A stretch of 64,000 bases of DNA from Azolla caroliniana (taxonomy: Eukaryota; Plantae; Polypodiophyta), in assembly GCA_043228905.1 (NCBI GenBank), contig JBHGNT010000012.1:11408001-11472000 (forward strand), written 5' to 3'. Each line of letters begins with the position of its first letter. Within the stretch, counting starts at the first letter, position 1. The notes under the pieces are model-generated. The model was not told the origin of the DNA and did no database searches. It worked only from the letters and a program-made list of their open reading frames with translations. The translations under genes were made by a program, and so were the position numbers. Positions 37,800 to 51,792 of this stretch are shown here, piece after piece.

Positions 37800-40700
37800 C
37801 ACTTATGAAGTCAACTTTAACATAACAAAGTAAAAAGTAGATGGATAATTAGAAAAACAGGTTTCTGAACCCAAGCGATGGCGGGGTTTATGGGTGCAGA
37901 GAGTGCCTTGAACACAGCAGAGCGGTATCAAGTTTCCTTACTCCTCATGGATCAGGTATGTCTCTTCAACTAGGGTGTAAGGTTAGTAGTAAGGTTACAT
38001 AGGGGCAACGAAACATGGTGGTGAATGAGCCAACAGTGGGCAATAAAGCATCAATGGCGGCAGTTAAAGCATCGGCGGCAAGGGGGCCGGCTGGACGATG
38101 GATGGAGTCGAGGTATGCATTGCATGGGATGAGTAAGAATTGGGAGAAGCAACAGGCAGAGATTTTGGGACAAAGGAATGCAAACAACATGTGGAAAGAT
38201 GTAGGGAAACACATTAGTGGAGGAATTAGTAAGTTATGCAAGGAAGTAGTGCATCAAACAGATAATGGGGGATTGGTGGAAGAGGAGGTTAGGGCTGCTG
38301 CCAATGGTATGGCGGCGGCCGCCTTCACAGTTGATTGTAGGGAGGACTCACGGGTGTGGAGAGAGTCGGAAGCTTGGAATAAAGAGGTGGGGATGCATGA
38401 GGATGGGGGAGATCTCCCCAACCTTGCATTATGGCATATGGAGGGTGTGGGAGTAGAAGAGAGGCAATGGGGACCACAAGGCGGGTCGTCTAAGGGGCTA
38501 GATGTTGTGGAAATGGAGGCCACCGAGGACATGATGCAGGTGGAGAATCTTTTGAATGAATGTGGTCAAGCACATAATGCATGCCGGATAGGAGATTATG
38601 GTAAGCAATTGGAAACGAAGGAAGGCTCTGAGATACTTGATGTTTTTCTGTCCGAGGAAGAAAGTGAAATCTTAAATGCGGAGAAACACTACAACGGTTG
38701 ATTATGTCTAGAAACACGATGGTATTCAGGAGTTCCGCGGCATGGTGGAGCAAGAATGGGGATAAGGTAAATCATCAATTTTTTAAGTATAAAAAGCCGA
38801 GATCAAACTGTAGTTACAATCCTAAGCTGATTAAGGAGGATGGATCAACATCGGAGGATGGATCAGAGATCATGGAGGCAGTCACAACTCACTATCGTGG
38901 GTTACTCTCATACAGTTCTAATATCCTTGAACAGCCTAATCTAACAGAATTTGTATTGGAGGGTATGCAACAAAGAATTTCAGAGGTTGCACAAGTTAAT
39001 TTGTCAAGGCCACTCTTGGAAGAGGAGGTGTCAGATGCTTTGGCAGGTATATGTAGAACGTCTTGTCCAGGCATCAACAGACTATCAAGAGATTTTTTTG
39101 AAAAATATTGGGATGTGATTAAGGTTGACTTGGTTGATGGTCTTAATGAGGCATGGGCTATTGGCTGCTTACCTGAGCATTTTAAAGAGAGGCTGATATT
39201 TCTAATTCCAAAGGTACAAGGGCTAATAGCTGATGCAAGGCAATGGCGACCGATTACGTTGCTCAACACAATATATAAGATTTTTGCCAATATTTTGGCC
39301 AAGAGGGTCAAACCCCACTTGAATGCACTAATTAATTTTGGACAAACTGGATTTATGGCAAATAGATGCATTATTGATAATGTGTTGACCTTTTGGGAGG
39401 CGATTGCCATGGCAAAGAAAACCAATCAACATATTGCATGTCTCATGCTTGACTTCGAGAAGGCGTATGACAGAGTACAATGGTCCTTTTTATATAAAGT
39501 GATGGAGAGGTTGGGACTACCCTCCAAATGGAGATCGGCTGCGTTAGCCCTTTACGAAGGAAGTTTGAGTAGGGTGATGGTGTCAGGACATCGGGGCCCA
39601 CCAATTCCATTATGCAAGTCTATCAAGCAAGGGTGCCCGTTGGCCCCCTACCTTTATTTATTTATTGCAGAGGCATTCTCTTTCTTTTTAAACAGACCAG
39701 ATGCAGGTATAAGGGGATTAGTTGTCCCACATGCGGGCAAGGAGTTGTTGGACTCATCATACGCAGATGACACTATGCTCTATCTACAAGGCAATGATGA
39801 TAATTTACAACTTGTTGAAAGACGGATTGAGCTGTTTTGTAGTGCGTCAAGAGGGAAAATCAATTGGAACAAAAGCAAAGGATTTTGGGTAAGTTCAAAC
39901 CCATGGCCTCTTTGGTGCCCTAATGCTGATTTTCAATGGGTTCCCAATGGAATGATTGTTAAATATTTGGGTTTTTTGGTGGGCGTTGAGACACCTAAAA
40001 ACCAGCAACTTGAGCAAGTGAAAGACAAAATCAGAAAAAAGCTTCGAGTATGGGCATCAGTAAAGCTTTCTCTTGCAAGTAGGGTGGTCGTGGTAAACCA
40101 CATTTTGTTAGCCACCATGTGGCACTCGGTGGCATGTTGGGTGTTAGACAAAACTTGCATCAAAAATATTAAGGCAATGGTGAGAGGGTTCCTATGGTCG
40201 GGTAGAGACCATGAGATGGCATCAGCTAAAGTGGCGTGGAGTTGTTTGATCAAGGCGAAAAACCAAGGTGGACTTGGGTTGGTGGATCCAATTCACCAAA
40301 GGCTTTACTCGGTAAGCTACTTGTGCGAAGTTTACAACCTGGACCTAAACTATGGAAGATGCTTCTTAGGGACAGAGCTAACCTTTGGTGTCCAAGGAAT
40401 GGCGGCCCTTGGAAGGCAAAGATGTGGTGGTTGTTCAGTCCAGATCTAAAGGTGAAAGAACCAACTAACATGGAGGACAGTGTGGGCCGTGCCATAATGA
40501 TGGCTTGATCAAGTGTAAGAGAAGGGTTGGTCTTAATGCAACCGAAAACATTTTGGAACCCTAGGATAAGAAGCGAGGACAGCATGATGCTTGGACAGAA
40601 AAAATATTTGCCATGGGGCCGCATGTTAGGGTACAATGTTAGTTCAGTAAGAGAGTGGGATGTTTTCAAAATGAAGAGGAGTGAGGGTCAGTTTGGTAGC

Positions 40701-41990
40701 ATTTCTTGTAGGCTTGAGAAGGTGACCCAACTGATAAATAAGGCTGTTGATGGTCTAGATCGTTTGACTAAGGAAGAGGGGGTTTGGTCTGGGTGGTTTG
40801 TAAGTGAGAGTGATGGACAAATTATCCGTGGCAAGTGTCCATTTAATGAATATCGCTTGTGGGGAAACCTAAGTGCTTTGTCCAATAATGGTCGGTGGTT
40901 GGCAGTGCGGGTGGCAGTGTTGGAAGGTAAGAAGTGGCAAGTAAACCCGGACCCAGGGAAACTAGATACTGATTGTAAACTATGGCTATTTGACAACAAG
41001 CCTCTACATGATTTGGAGTGGGATCCACTAGAGGTATGGTGGTAGAAACCAGGAACGAACAAACTTGAGGGGTTTTTTTATTATAGTACTAAGCTCGGAA
41101 GGCAAATCATTGGCTCCAAATCAGTGGGCGTTGTTCAGACTCGCAATAGTTGGAGGGATAAAGGCATATCAAATGACTTGTTGAAGTCGTTTTGGAGGAG
41201 ACTATGGGCATAAGATATGCCAAAAAAAATAAAGGTGTGGTTTTGGCTTCTTAGTCATACGGCGTTACCCGTAGGGGAGTGGATGAGGTCCTGTGGTGGG
41301 GAGGCTGGTTGTACGTTATGTGGTCACTCTTTGGAATCGATACCTCATTGTTTTTGGAACTGTGCCGAGGCAATCAACATTTGGGGTCGAAGTCTTAGGA
41401 TAGTGGCAGCATGCGGTGTAAATGGGAGAGTTGTGTGGGGGTCCTTACAGGGTTTGAAACTAACTAAGGAAGGTTGGGCGGAACATCTAAATCCATATGG
41501 TCAGGGTTTTATAGTGCAGGGCGACAGTGTATTCAAATGTGTTGGTGGCATGCTTCTCGGTCTGGCACATTTGGACCAGACGATGTTTGTTTGTTTTTCA
41601 ACAACGAAAACTCCCAAGCGGTGAGGTGTTGCTAAACATTTGGTTCGAGCTGGTATCTTGGCTGCGCGGACAATACAACTCGATTGAAGGGAACTCGGAT
41701 GTAGCAGAAAGGGCTCAGTCAAAGTTTTTGCTGAAATGGGGTCGTTCTCCTATGATGGTAAATTCAGCGTCAGGGCCTAAATGGAACTACCAAGCACCGA
41801 GATGGTTGTTTCCGCCATTGACTTCCATGAATGGACAGGAGTTGTAAATATGTGGTCACCATGTACAAAGTGTTAGCAGGATACTTTTGTTGTAAATAGT
41901 AGGGTGGGGATTATGTTGTTTTGATTATGGCTGATCTTTGATGTACTTCTTTTGCTAACTAATAGGAAGTAGTGTTTTTTTTGAGAAAAA
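37800..41990 (+). mobile_element. L1-like LINE, decayed, flanked by 17-bp TSD
   Basis: AAAACAAATTGAAATAA at 37783-37799 and 41991-42007; A-rich tail; RT WRPITLLNTIYKI, LDFEKAYD, QGCPLAP, YADD; zf-RVT CTLC..H..WNC. Confidence 0.92.
38698..41847 (+). pseudogene. LINE ORF2 (RT and zinc finger), frameshifted, endonuclease domain absent
   Basis: ORFs 38698-40449, 40527-41045, 41217-41624, 41527-41847. Confidence 0.88.
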
Positions 41991-43055
41991 AAAACAAATT
42001 GAAATAATAACTAATTTCAAATGTGAAGGTCTTCGAAGTTGGAGTATTGTCTAACAAGGGCCTAGAACTTGTACAAATAAAGAAGCTATTTTAGATGATC
42101 ACCTAGATTGAAAAATACGAACCAAAGGGAGAGAAGAGAAAATCAGATGATACAAGAGTTCAAGAAATCCAATGTTGCAAGAGTCCAAAAGTAAATGATG
42201 GGAGTCAAATAGGCAGATGATGTGAGAGCTTGCTATACAAAAAAAGACAGTCAAATGAGGCAAGATGACTGGCCCTACAAAAAAGCAAAATTAAACTGAT
42301 TTTTAATCAAGCTAGATGAAATAATTGCTGTAGGCAAAGTGATTGAGGTGAAGTACTGTGAACAATGCCAAAACCCTCACACATGTAGTCACCGAAAAAG
42401 GAAGTGCATTGAATGGGTTATTCACAAAACAAACAAACAACCTATTTCATGAAATGAAGCTCAGAATGTACTTTAAGATGAGTTTTGGAAATAACAACGT
42501 ATTGCATGAAGGGAACCTTACAATACATGTCACTTATCGCATGCACTTCATGATCATATATCTACTGCATGCCGTAGGAAGCACAATGAGTTGTAACTCA
42601 CATTGTAAGTAACCTTGTTGTCATGGTATTTCAGAAGCTCCATGAATACACATCCCTTCCTTATCTTGGTCACTCAATTGTTTGGTCTTTGCATTCCCTT
42701 CCAAAAAAGTAGGACATGTATCCCTCACTTAAGGAAATATTGATGATTTGGTGTTTCTGATGCAAGGTACAAAACCTTCCATAACATAATATCCTTGGTA
42801 CGTCCACTTTGAAATGACTTCATAATTTTCCACACCACAATACAAAGAATAAGTATAACCTTGCCTTCTAAAAGGAACCACATTTACAATACTTGTAAAT
42901 TTCTTTCTCAAAAGTCCTTTGATAATTGTAGACACAACACAGTTTGCGCACTTAATGAAAAAGAATGCAATCTGAATTAATATAACAAGAACATCAAACC
43001 CATCCTCACAATATACATGCTTGCATCTTATGATAGATACTAATTGAACCAAGTT

Positions 43056-43094
<39 letters not shown>

Positions 43095-43221
43095 CTCTGG
43101 ATAAGGCACCCACACATGATTTAAGCCGAGTTTGGTACACCTTTTTCTGATAATTAGCAATGCCCTCATGTACTAAAGACATACATACAACAAACTCACC
43201 CGTTTATGCCGATATTCAACT

Positions 43222-43456
43222 TTAGCCATTAACTGGGACACTAATTGTTGCATTTTGCCCTATAATGACTGGCTTTGACTTGGGGTGCATCAATAGAGCT
43301 AGAGTATTATTAAGCCTTCTTGCTCTTAACCGTCCCGCTTCTTTCAGCAATTCGGATAGCCGATTTCTTTCATCATCCACTTCGGGTTCAGCAGTACCCA
43401 ATTCCTCCTCTCTTACTTCCACAACATATTGGAGGGCATTTATAGCATCATCCAAC
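43222..43456 (-). CDS. KLCR: Kinesin light chain-related (KLCR/CMU-like) TPR protein, exon 3
   Basis: Acceptor TCAG/G; (R)LDDAINALQYVVEVREEELGTAEPEVDDERNRLSELLKEAGR; TAA at 43222. Confidence 0.9.
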
Positions 43457-44375
43457 CTGAGGTGAGGTATATTTATTTATACAAATATGTACACACACAC
43501 ACACAGACACAATGTACACAAGTAGGTTGAGTGAGTGTCATGTTCTTTTGTAAAAAACTGACCTCAGTGTCAGGCTAAAATAATAACAGACCCACCCAGG
43601 TTTCAAATAAATCGTTGCACTTATCCAAAACCAGTTGTATTACATTCACAGAAGATTTTTGTGAAGTTACGGTCGAGACTGACTAATGCCTATTTTGATT
43701 GGTTGAGGGAAAGGTTGTGGGTGGGTGACAAACTCCCCAAGCACAAAATTCCCCAGACCATACATAATATACATACATACATACAAGAAGCCTTAGAGAC
43801 ATTTTTACACACAGGCTCATTAATTCGCACATGGTAGCCAATAAAGACCTAGTATTATATATATATATATGAGAGCTTCTATGGGCGAGGTAAAAACACA
43901 CCTTATTTAAGTAAGTGCGAGGGGTAATATATTCAGCCAGCCAGTGTGTACTTTTAGGATTTCCTAAACTAAAAATTGGCTCGACCATTTATGAATCAAG
44001 TGTTTGAAGCTCCATCCAATAGAGAAAACAGGAGGGAAGTCGCATGCTGAGACTTCTAACCATGTCCCACTACATTTTCTTAGAGCTATATTCTTATTTT
44101 AAAATTCCATTGAAATGTTGCACCTCCACAGACCATGTTGAATGTGTGCTGATAAAATTTTGGGCGTTTTAAGTAACGAATTGTTTAATTAAGTTGTTGT
44201 GTTTTCAAGCGTAGTAACCATTTTGAGAGGTAAAGTATTATATATTCACCAATCAAAATTATGTACTACTACAGGTTTACACACCCCACGCAAATACAAT
44301 AGAATATAAACAATGAAGTTGTTTCCTTAGTAATGCATTCATTATGGGAATGTTGGAAACGAAAGTAAGTTTTAC

Positions 44376-45265
44376 CTGCCCAAGGCATCGTACGCGCCTG
44401 CCAAATTGCTATAGACGATGAGTGTGTCAGGATGGCGGGGTCCACAGGCCAACTCTAGAACCGATCTCGATTCCTCGAAGAATTTTACCGCCCTTTCGAT
44501 CTCTGATAGGTGCAAGCAACAAAGCCCCATTTGATTCAACACAATGCCAAACAACGCTGACTTCTTCTCGACACTCGCTCGAAGCTTCATTATAGCCTTG
44601 CTAAAAGAGCCTTGTGCATCTATATAGTTTCCACACATATAACTAAGTACTCCTATTTGAGCCTCAACCCCGGCTATGGCACTCTGTTGTCCTGGAACAG
44701 ACTCGAGGATAGACAATGCCTTCTTAAGTAGAGAAAGTGCTTGGTCTTGTTCATTCAATGATTCATACACCACGGCTAGGTCTGTGAGGCCACTCGCAAC
44801 TTCATCCAACAAATGTCCACCTCCTTGTTTATTGTTATTATAGATTCTTAGAGCACTCTCGCAATACGTTTTGGATTCACGGATCTTGCCAATTCTTAAA
44901 TAAGCTTCAGCTAGGCTCACATACACTGATGCAACCGAAACGTGATTCTCTCCTTTCGAAGACTTGAAAACTGTAAGAGCCTTTTGGTATGCAAAAACGG
45001 CTTCATCGGATCGACCTAAGGAGACGTACGTATCCCCAATGCTCACATCGACGGTCGCCACATCCACATCCTTATTATTTGCAATTAATGCCATACTAGC
45101 AAGCACCAAATGCTCAAGGGCGGCTTCAAATTGGCCTTTTCCATTGCAAATCAAGCCCATTAGCCTCCTATCCGTTGCTTCTTCAATCGAGGCAGGAGCA
45201 CTATGCTCTTTGTGAATGTCTAGGGCATGTTGGCATAGTTCCTCAGCCTTATCAAATTGCATTGC
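44376..45265 (-). CDS. KLCR: KLCR exon 2 (TPR repeats)
   Basis: Acceptor TTAG/GCA; AMQFDKAEELCQHALDIH..EEATDRRLMGLIC..HPDTLIVYSNLAGAYDALG; donor AG/GTAA; phases consistent. Confidence 0.93.
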
Positions 45266-45713
45266 CTAAGACTCAACCACATACATATACAGAGAGCATT
45301 TATTCATCTCAGTCAGGCATTGAACTTGAACGATGGAAACAAGGCATTAATTACATGCTAAAAATCACATTTTCCACACTCTCTAAATACAAAAGGGTAA
45401 AGGTATAAATAACCATGCGAAAATATAAGTGTGCTGCACTCCCAGAACCTATTACGGTTCTGAGATTGAAGTCTCACGCTATGGATCTAATGCTATATAT
45501 TATTGATTGGTAACTTTGTCTTCACCGCCCACCCTAGATGAAGATCGTGCAGTGCGTACCATAAAAAACAAGTTTCTACAACCCAAGGTAATTTCGAGAT
45601 TTGATCTAGCATCATGCAAATTAACACTCTATTCCTGATTCATTTTCCACAACCGACCCAAGTAATTCAAAAAGCATTAGCGTTCCCTTACAAAAAAGAG
45701 AAGATAATAGTAC

Positions 45714-47291
45714 CTGAGCATGGGCCTCAGCGAGGTATCGGCAAGTCTCTCCGACTCGAGGATCTTGATCTCCGAGTGCTCTTTTCTGGACCTCCAATCC
45801 GGCATGATATGCTGCAAGAGCATCCTCACCCCTCCCCAGTAACGCATAGGTGTCACCCAGTTGCATATTACCTGCAAAAGCAGCTAGAGCATGGTCTTGC
45901 CCTCCCACATCGATATCTGGCACTCTTATGGATCTCTCTAACACTGGTATAGCTTCTTCGAATTGCCCGAGAGTGCAATGAATAGCTGCAAGGATGTGAA
46001 GGCTCATCACTAGGTCAAGGCTAGGTTTCCCATCCGCTGCACTCTCGAAAGACTTGGCTGCCCTTGCCGCATAATCCAGTGCTTTTTGTGGGTTGTCTCC
46101 TGAAGTAACCGTTTGTTTAGCAAGCTTGAGCAGGAAAGGTCCTAAATCTGGATTCTCACGAGCCAAGATAGTACTAGTCCCATGGTCGCTCAACGCAATG
46201 CTCTCACTTTCTCCGTATTTCCTGCTCCCAATTCCGATGCTAGATTTCCTGCGATGAAAGAAATCCTTCACACTCGAATGCACCCTCTCGCCTTCGAGAG
46301 AAGCCCGCCTTTGATGTATAGGGTTCTGCTCGGGGGTGACTTTACCTGTAATTGATGAGGGAGACTTTGAGATCGACCTATTGAGGTCCATGAACCGAGA
46401 AGGAGGTTTACTAGGAGAAGTTCGATTCACGATCCTTTCAGAGCTGATTGATGGAGAAATTGTTTTGAGGGGGCTTGTTGCTGGCAACATTGGTGATTGA
46501 GATGGGCTGGTTGAGCTATAAACAGGTTTTTCCTTGTCTTTAATCAAGGGAGAGGGAGATGCATGTTTGTAACCATTTCCTATCGTTGTCCTTGTTGGAG
46601 AAGAGTGCTTGGGTTGAGCTTTAGAAGGAGAAGATGTTTTCTCTTTATCGGCTTCCTTGGGCTTCATCAGATCCCTCTCTTTGGATTTTATTCTAGGAGC
46701 AGGGAATGGCAATTTCAATGAGGCAGTAGTAGTGGTTCTGGTACTACTACTGGACTTCTCTTTATCCACTTTCGATGATGCCGAATTTATTGAATGTCCC
46801 ACCAGATCTTTGTCTTTCTCCACATTCTTGTCTGTGATGGAGTTGCGTTTCTCGGAAACATATTTTGGCTTCGATTGAGATCGCAATGGCTTCTTAATCT
46901 TAGGGTTAGATTGCATCAAGGTAGTAGAAGAATTAAGCAAAAGGTTTATCTGCTCCTTTTTAACATGTGGTGGAGCCGCTTTGGTTTTTGATCCAAAACT
47001 CTGATTGAAAGACGGTAATGTGGCTGCCGATGCTTCTTCCTCACCATCATGTTCATGTTCATGTCCATGTCCATGTCCATCCTTGGGGGTAGTATCGTTT
47101 TGATGATCCAGTGACGACTCGGTTGGTGCATTCAAATTCAAATTCTTCTTGATGATGTCGGGAATAACAACATGATGAGTAGCATTATCCTGTCCATCTT
47201 CTTCTACTTCATCATTTGGCATTCCATTGTGGTGCACATTATTTCCTTGATGTTTAGTCTGCATACACACTTGCTCTCCATTCTTTCCCTT

Positions 47292-47344
<53 letters not shown>

Positions 47345-47612
47345 TTTCCTTTTGACCATCGTTCTCACTTTGATCATTCGTTTCAATTCTACAACTCACA
47401 GTCTGCGGGGACAATGCTTTACCATTCTCAGCTTCCAATCCATGTACTAGGATAATGACATCAGGCTGCTTCCCCGGTTGAATCCGAACGTGAGATTCAG
47501 ATTCCTTTTCATTGGAAACGCCTCCTCCGTGGCCGTGGCAGTCATGCCCTTGTTGTTGGGAGCCAATATTATTATTATTATTATTATTGGTGGTAGCTTC
47601 TTCACTCTCCAT
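45714..47612 (-). CDS. KLCR: KLCR exon 1 (long low-complexity N-terminus plus first TPRs); spliced product about 1007 aa
   Basis: ATG at 47612; ENPDLGPFLLKLA..LDLVMSLHILAAIHC..DPRVGETCRYLAEAHAQ; donor CAG/GTA; exon sum 3024 nt. Confidence 0.9.
47294..47343 (-). repeat. (GAT)n microsatellite encoding poly-Asp in KLCR
   Basis: About 16 CAT repeats on plus strand. Confidence 0.9.
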
Positions 47613-47627
47613 CAAAACAAGAATGAA

Positions 47628-48011
47628 TCTCTCTCTCTCTCTCTCCCTCTCTCCCTAAGATAGATAGATAGCTATAGCAGTAAGTAGGAAAGGAGAGATC
47701 GTGAAGTAAGTAAGCAAGCAAGATTTATAATAGCATAGTTAATAAAAAAGCTATATGTTGTATGTAGTACATACAGTAGCGAGCGAGCCAATATGCGAGG
47801 AGCGAAATGAATTAGGAAAAGGAGAATCAAGGAATGAGATTTGGGGGGAGATCTAGATTCTAGAATAGAAGAGGAAGTGAGTGAGTGAGTAAGGAAGTAA
47901 GTAAGGACCACCAAGGAAGGAAGGATGGAATCATGAAAGAAAGGAAGGAAGGAGAGAAGAAAAAAAATCAGGCTAGATCTGCAATGCGCTCTGTTCTAGA
48001 CAGACACAGAC

Positions 48012-48048
<37 letters not shown>

Positions 48049-48166
48049 AAGGGGGGGAAGGGGGAAGGGATGATTAATGAATGAGGAGGAGGACGTCTTT
48101 CTTTTTAGGGGGGTTCACGTGTGTATGTATGTAATGTATGTATACATATGTATTTATGTATGTATG

Positions 48167-48244
<78 letters not shown>

Positions 48245-48630
48245 AGCGGAGCACACATACAGGTACAGTGAGTTAGGGTGAGAGTGAGAGAGAGAAACGG
48301 CAAAAGGTATGATGTATGTAAATAAAGTAGAAGAAGAAGGATATCATCATTTGAGAGAGTGAGTGTGTGTGTGTGTGTAAGGAAGTAAAGGCTAAGATTA
48401 GGTGGTGGTGGTATTATCAACATGTGCATATTTATGTATGTATCATATGTATGTGTGTGGATTATTATTTATTAAGGAAGAAAGAAAGAAAAAAGAGGGG
48501 ACACACACACACAACACGGAAAGAGTAAATAAAGAAGGCGCACCCTGGACACACACACACACACACACGCTCCCTCTCTCAATACACGTACCCACGGACA
48601 CTCTCGCTCTCTCGCTCTCACTCTCTCGCT
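47628..48630. repeat. Microsatellite-rich 5' UTR/promoter region of KLCR ((CT)n, (GA)n, (TATG)n, (TG)n, (CA)n)
   Basis: Direct; for example compound (TATG)n(TG)n at 48120-48242 and (GA)n at 48018-48044. Confidence 0.85.
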
Positions 48631-49489
48631 CTTGGAACGTTACTAACTAAAGTCTCCGGATCACTCCACTCCCACTTCCGCTCCCTCCCCCTCCAAACAA
48701 CAAAATGCACGCACCACCCAACAATCAGTCATGCAACTTCTCATTGCTTCGTATGGCGAATCACAATATTGCATTCGACAACAGCTCATATCGGGCATGC
48801 CCAAACAAACAATGCACTCTATACAAACCGCCAAAGATGAGTCCTTCCAAGCATGCCTCTCTCTCCCTCTCATTTATTTCTTAATCACTATTGTCTTGAA
48901 CTCGTGTTATGCACGGTAGTTGTTGCACAAGGTAGTTCTTGTTGCATTATCATATAGTTGGTTGTGATCGAGATTTGTGTGTGTGGTGTGTTTTAAAATA
49001 ATTCATAGTGTATGTCTAAAAGAATGACAAAAGATAACAACCCATATATACATGGGGCCCTTCAAATTTTAACTCATCTCTCTCTCTCTCTCTTTTTCTC
49101 TTCGTAAAGCAAAAGAAAAACATGGTCCCCAACTCCAAAGGAAGGGCACAGTAGCTACCAAAATACGGGGAGAAAATGGAGAAGCAAGTAAAATGCACTC
49201 TAGAGTCTAGATATGCAAAGAAAATATATAGAAACGCAAACATAGTGAAAAAGAGAGAGCATGAGCGTACTTCTTTACTTTGACTTTTTCCTTGCTTTGG
49301 CGCATACTAAAAGAACAAGTTCACATGCTCTTCCTTACCACCTTTGGTTATAGATGCACAATTCTTACGTAGGAACATGATATACTTTCGAGTTGGGTTT
49401 GGGGTTTTGATGGCAAGTGTTGAAGTTCCTGTACATAGTGCTAAACGAAGCCACCACACATAGCGGGGTAGTATAACCTGTAAGGTAAA

Positions 49490-49655
49490 TCCCCAATTGT
49501 TTTTGTCACAATCAGCTTATGGATAATAATGGAATTGATATTCCTTGGGATGAAGAAGCATTAATGGATCTATTTCATCATGAGCATCACAATGACGTGA
49601 AGATTTACACCATCTAGCTCACTATAACAAAACAAGCAGTTAACTACGACAAAAA
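49490..49655 (+). pseudogene. Decayed Tcn1-like gag remnant
   Basis: DIPWDEEALMDLFHHEHHNDVK resembles DVQWDNQALCDHFHWGLRSDVK at 33490-33560. Confidence 0.55.
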
Positions 49656-49844
49656 CATGACGCCAATTGCGTCACTAGCCATGTCGCTTCCATATTGTCG
49701 TGCAATGTAGGGGCGTCGGGGTGCAACACAATACAGGCGTAGCAATTTGACCTATAATAACTATGTGTGGAGCTCGAGACCATTTGGATGCTCTATTGGT
49801 GTTTTCTTGGTCCTCTCTCTCTCCTTTTGTTTTTTACTGTAATT

Positions 49845-50030
49845 AGCTTACCCTAGTGGTAAATTGTTTACACTTTTAGCTCTACATCTTGGGTTTGAAA
49901 ACTAATTTTCTCACCTCGCTATTACTCAATAGATATCTCTTATTTCACTAGATGCCACAATGGAATGTAGGGGTTGAACACATGATTGCTTGGTCTCCAT
50001 TGGGCAACCTTACCAACTGTGCGGCATCCA
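49845..50030. other. Two convergent degenerate tRNA-like (SINE-head-like) sequences
   Basis: Plus 49845-49903 CTAGTGGT..GGTTTGAAA; minus 50025-49967 CAGTTGGTAAGG..TGTTCAACCCC; both have 34-nt GG-to-T-loop spacing. Confidence 0.45.
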
Positions 50031-50761
50031 TCTAGGCTCTCTCTCTCTCTCTCTCTCTCTTTGACAAGTACTCTTGCTTTCACTCTTTGACTCACCCTCT
50101 TCCATGTGCACTCTCATTCACAATGAAAATATTGAGTAAGACAACGAAATAATATTGGGTAAGACAATGAAATAAGTGTTGTTTACACAAAATTATATAT
50201 GTCAAAGACATGTACAATATGTATGTCAAAGATGGGGATTATCTCTACTAATGTCATAATTCCTCATTGCTATATGATGAAGAATTATCATTATCTTTTG
50301 TCGAGTGTTCCACCCTTGACTAGATCTCGAACACTTACCATGAATTTCCTAAAATATAAATTTAGTTTAGGAGTAAAAAATGTAATTAGGAAAGGACTAT
50401 AATTATAGTTATTAGGGTTTTAGAAAATTAGTTGTTTTATGATATGCATTTACCATCATATTCAGTGGAGGATACATGGTTGTCAAATTTTTATAGCCTT
50501 TGTATGTGGCTATTTTTGCTCATCCATCATTGGTGAGTGCCCATAATCTTTAACCTACAAAACAAATGTTGCATTAGGACATCTTATGAATTGATGGTTT
50601 CATGAATGAAAATTTTGAATTACAAATTTATACTTACAAAATGGGCCTGAAACCTTTTTATGCCGCTCTTCCCAAGTGGGAAGCATGGCCCATGCATACA
50701 CATACCACGACTTCCTATTTAAAACACAAACTCACCAAATAATTTACACAATATACTAGCA

Positions 50762-51227
50762 TATAAAGAAAAAGTTAGTGTGCGGAAGCTTAGACAAATC
50801 GGCTCGGCTAGATAGCAATAGAAAACAAAGACAAGGTTTAATGAAAAGCTTGGGAGTGCACAGTACGTGGGAGAGACAGAGAGAGTAGAACAATAAACTC
50901 TATTTCAATAATAAACTCAATACTCTGTACATACAATGTGCTCAGTGAGCACTTTTATACAAGTCCTTAATAGGATTGACAGAAGTATTGACATGTACTT
51001 CAATGCTCGTATCGAGTGACTGACACTGACTCCAAAAAATAGGCCTACGTACTAGGCTATGATCGTAGGCCTCTAACGGCCTACCGGTTACAATCCGATC
51101 CAGATTACAATCCAGCTCTTGGTTCCGAATACCGATCCGGACACCGATCCGATTCTTCGTTCCGGATACCGATCTGACTCCGGCTTACTTAGCCGATTCG
51201 GATCAGGTTGAGCTTGTCCACTCAACA
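50762..51227 (-). mobile_element. Solo LTR, copia family B
   Basis: Minus strand TGTTGAGTGGACAAGCTCAACC start; similar to 11339-11752; no clean TSD. Confidence 0.85.
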
Positions 51228-51792
51228 ATATACAAGAAACTAAATCAATTACCATGATAAATAATAGAGCATACATACCTTCTACTATGGGGATTGCATA
51301 TTTAAATGCAGTTCTTTACAAAAATGACCTCACCTAGCCTTGTTCGTAAACTGTGGCATGATGACACATTTACTAATTTGGCAATCCTCTTGTTATACAA
51401 GTAAAAACTTATGTTAGATTGGTTCTAATTCAATTTTTTATCTTATGCGTAATACAAATCCATATTCAAGGGCACGAACACCATCTTGAACTCAACTCAA
51501 GGTTGGAACACATGAACTTACCAAGGATGTATACATCGTCTTTGAGGGCTCCAGAGATGCAATATTAACATGATGGTATTCTAAGTTATGTCAAGACATG
51601 ATCACCTGGTTATGAATCCAAGTTCATCAACACGAGTATCAAAATGGAGTGACCCAAATGTACCACCAACACATTAACGAGAGGGCCAGCCCATGGCAAA
51701 CATATTGTTTTATACTTTCATATTTTATAATTGGACATGTGTAGGTTAATTGACATAGTGTATCCTGGAGGTACTTGTCACAATATCCAAGC

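Noticed and set aside
43671-43990. Possible MITE in KLCR intron 2 (GGTCGAG...CTCGACC)
   Set aside because: A 7-bp inverted match without TSD is within chance
47172-48650. ORFs with poly-I, poly-M, TH and CV repeats
   Set aside because: Translations of microsatellites
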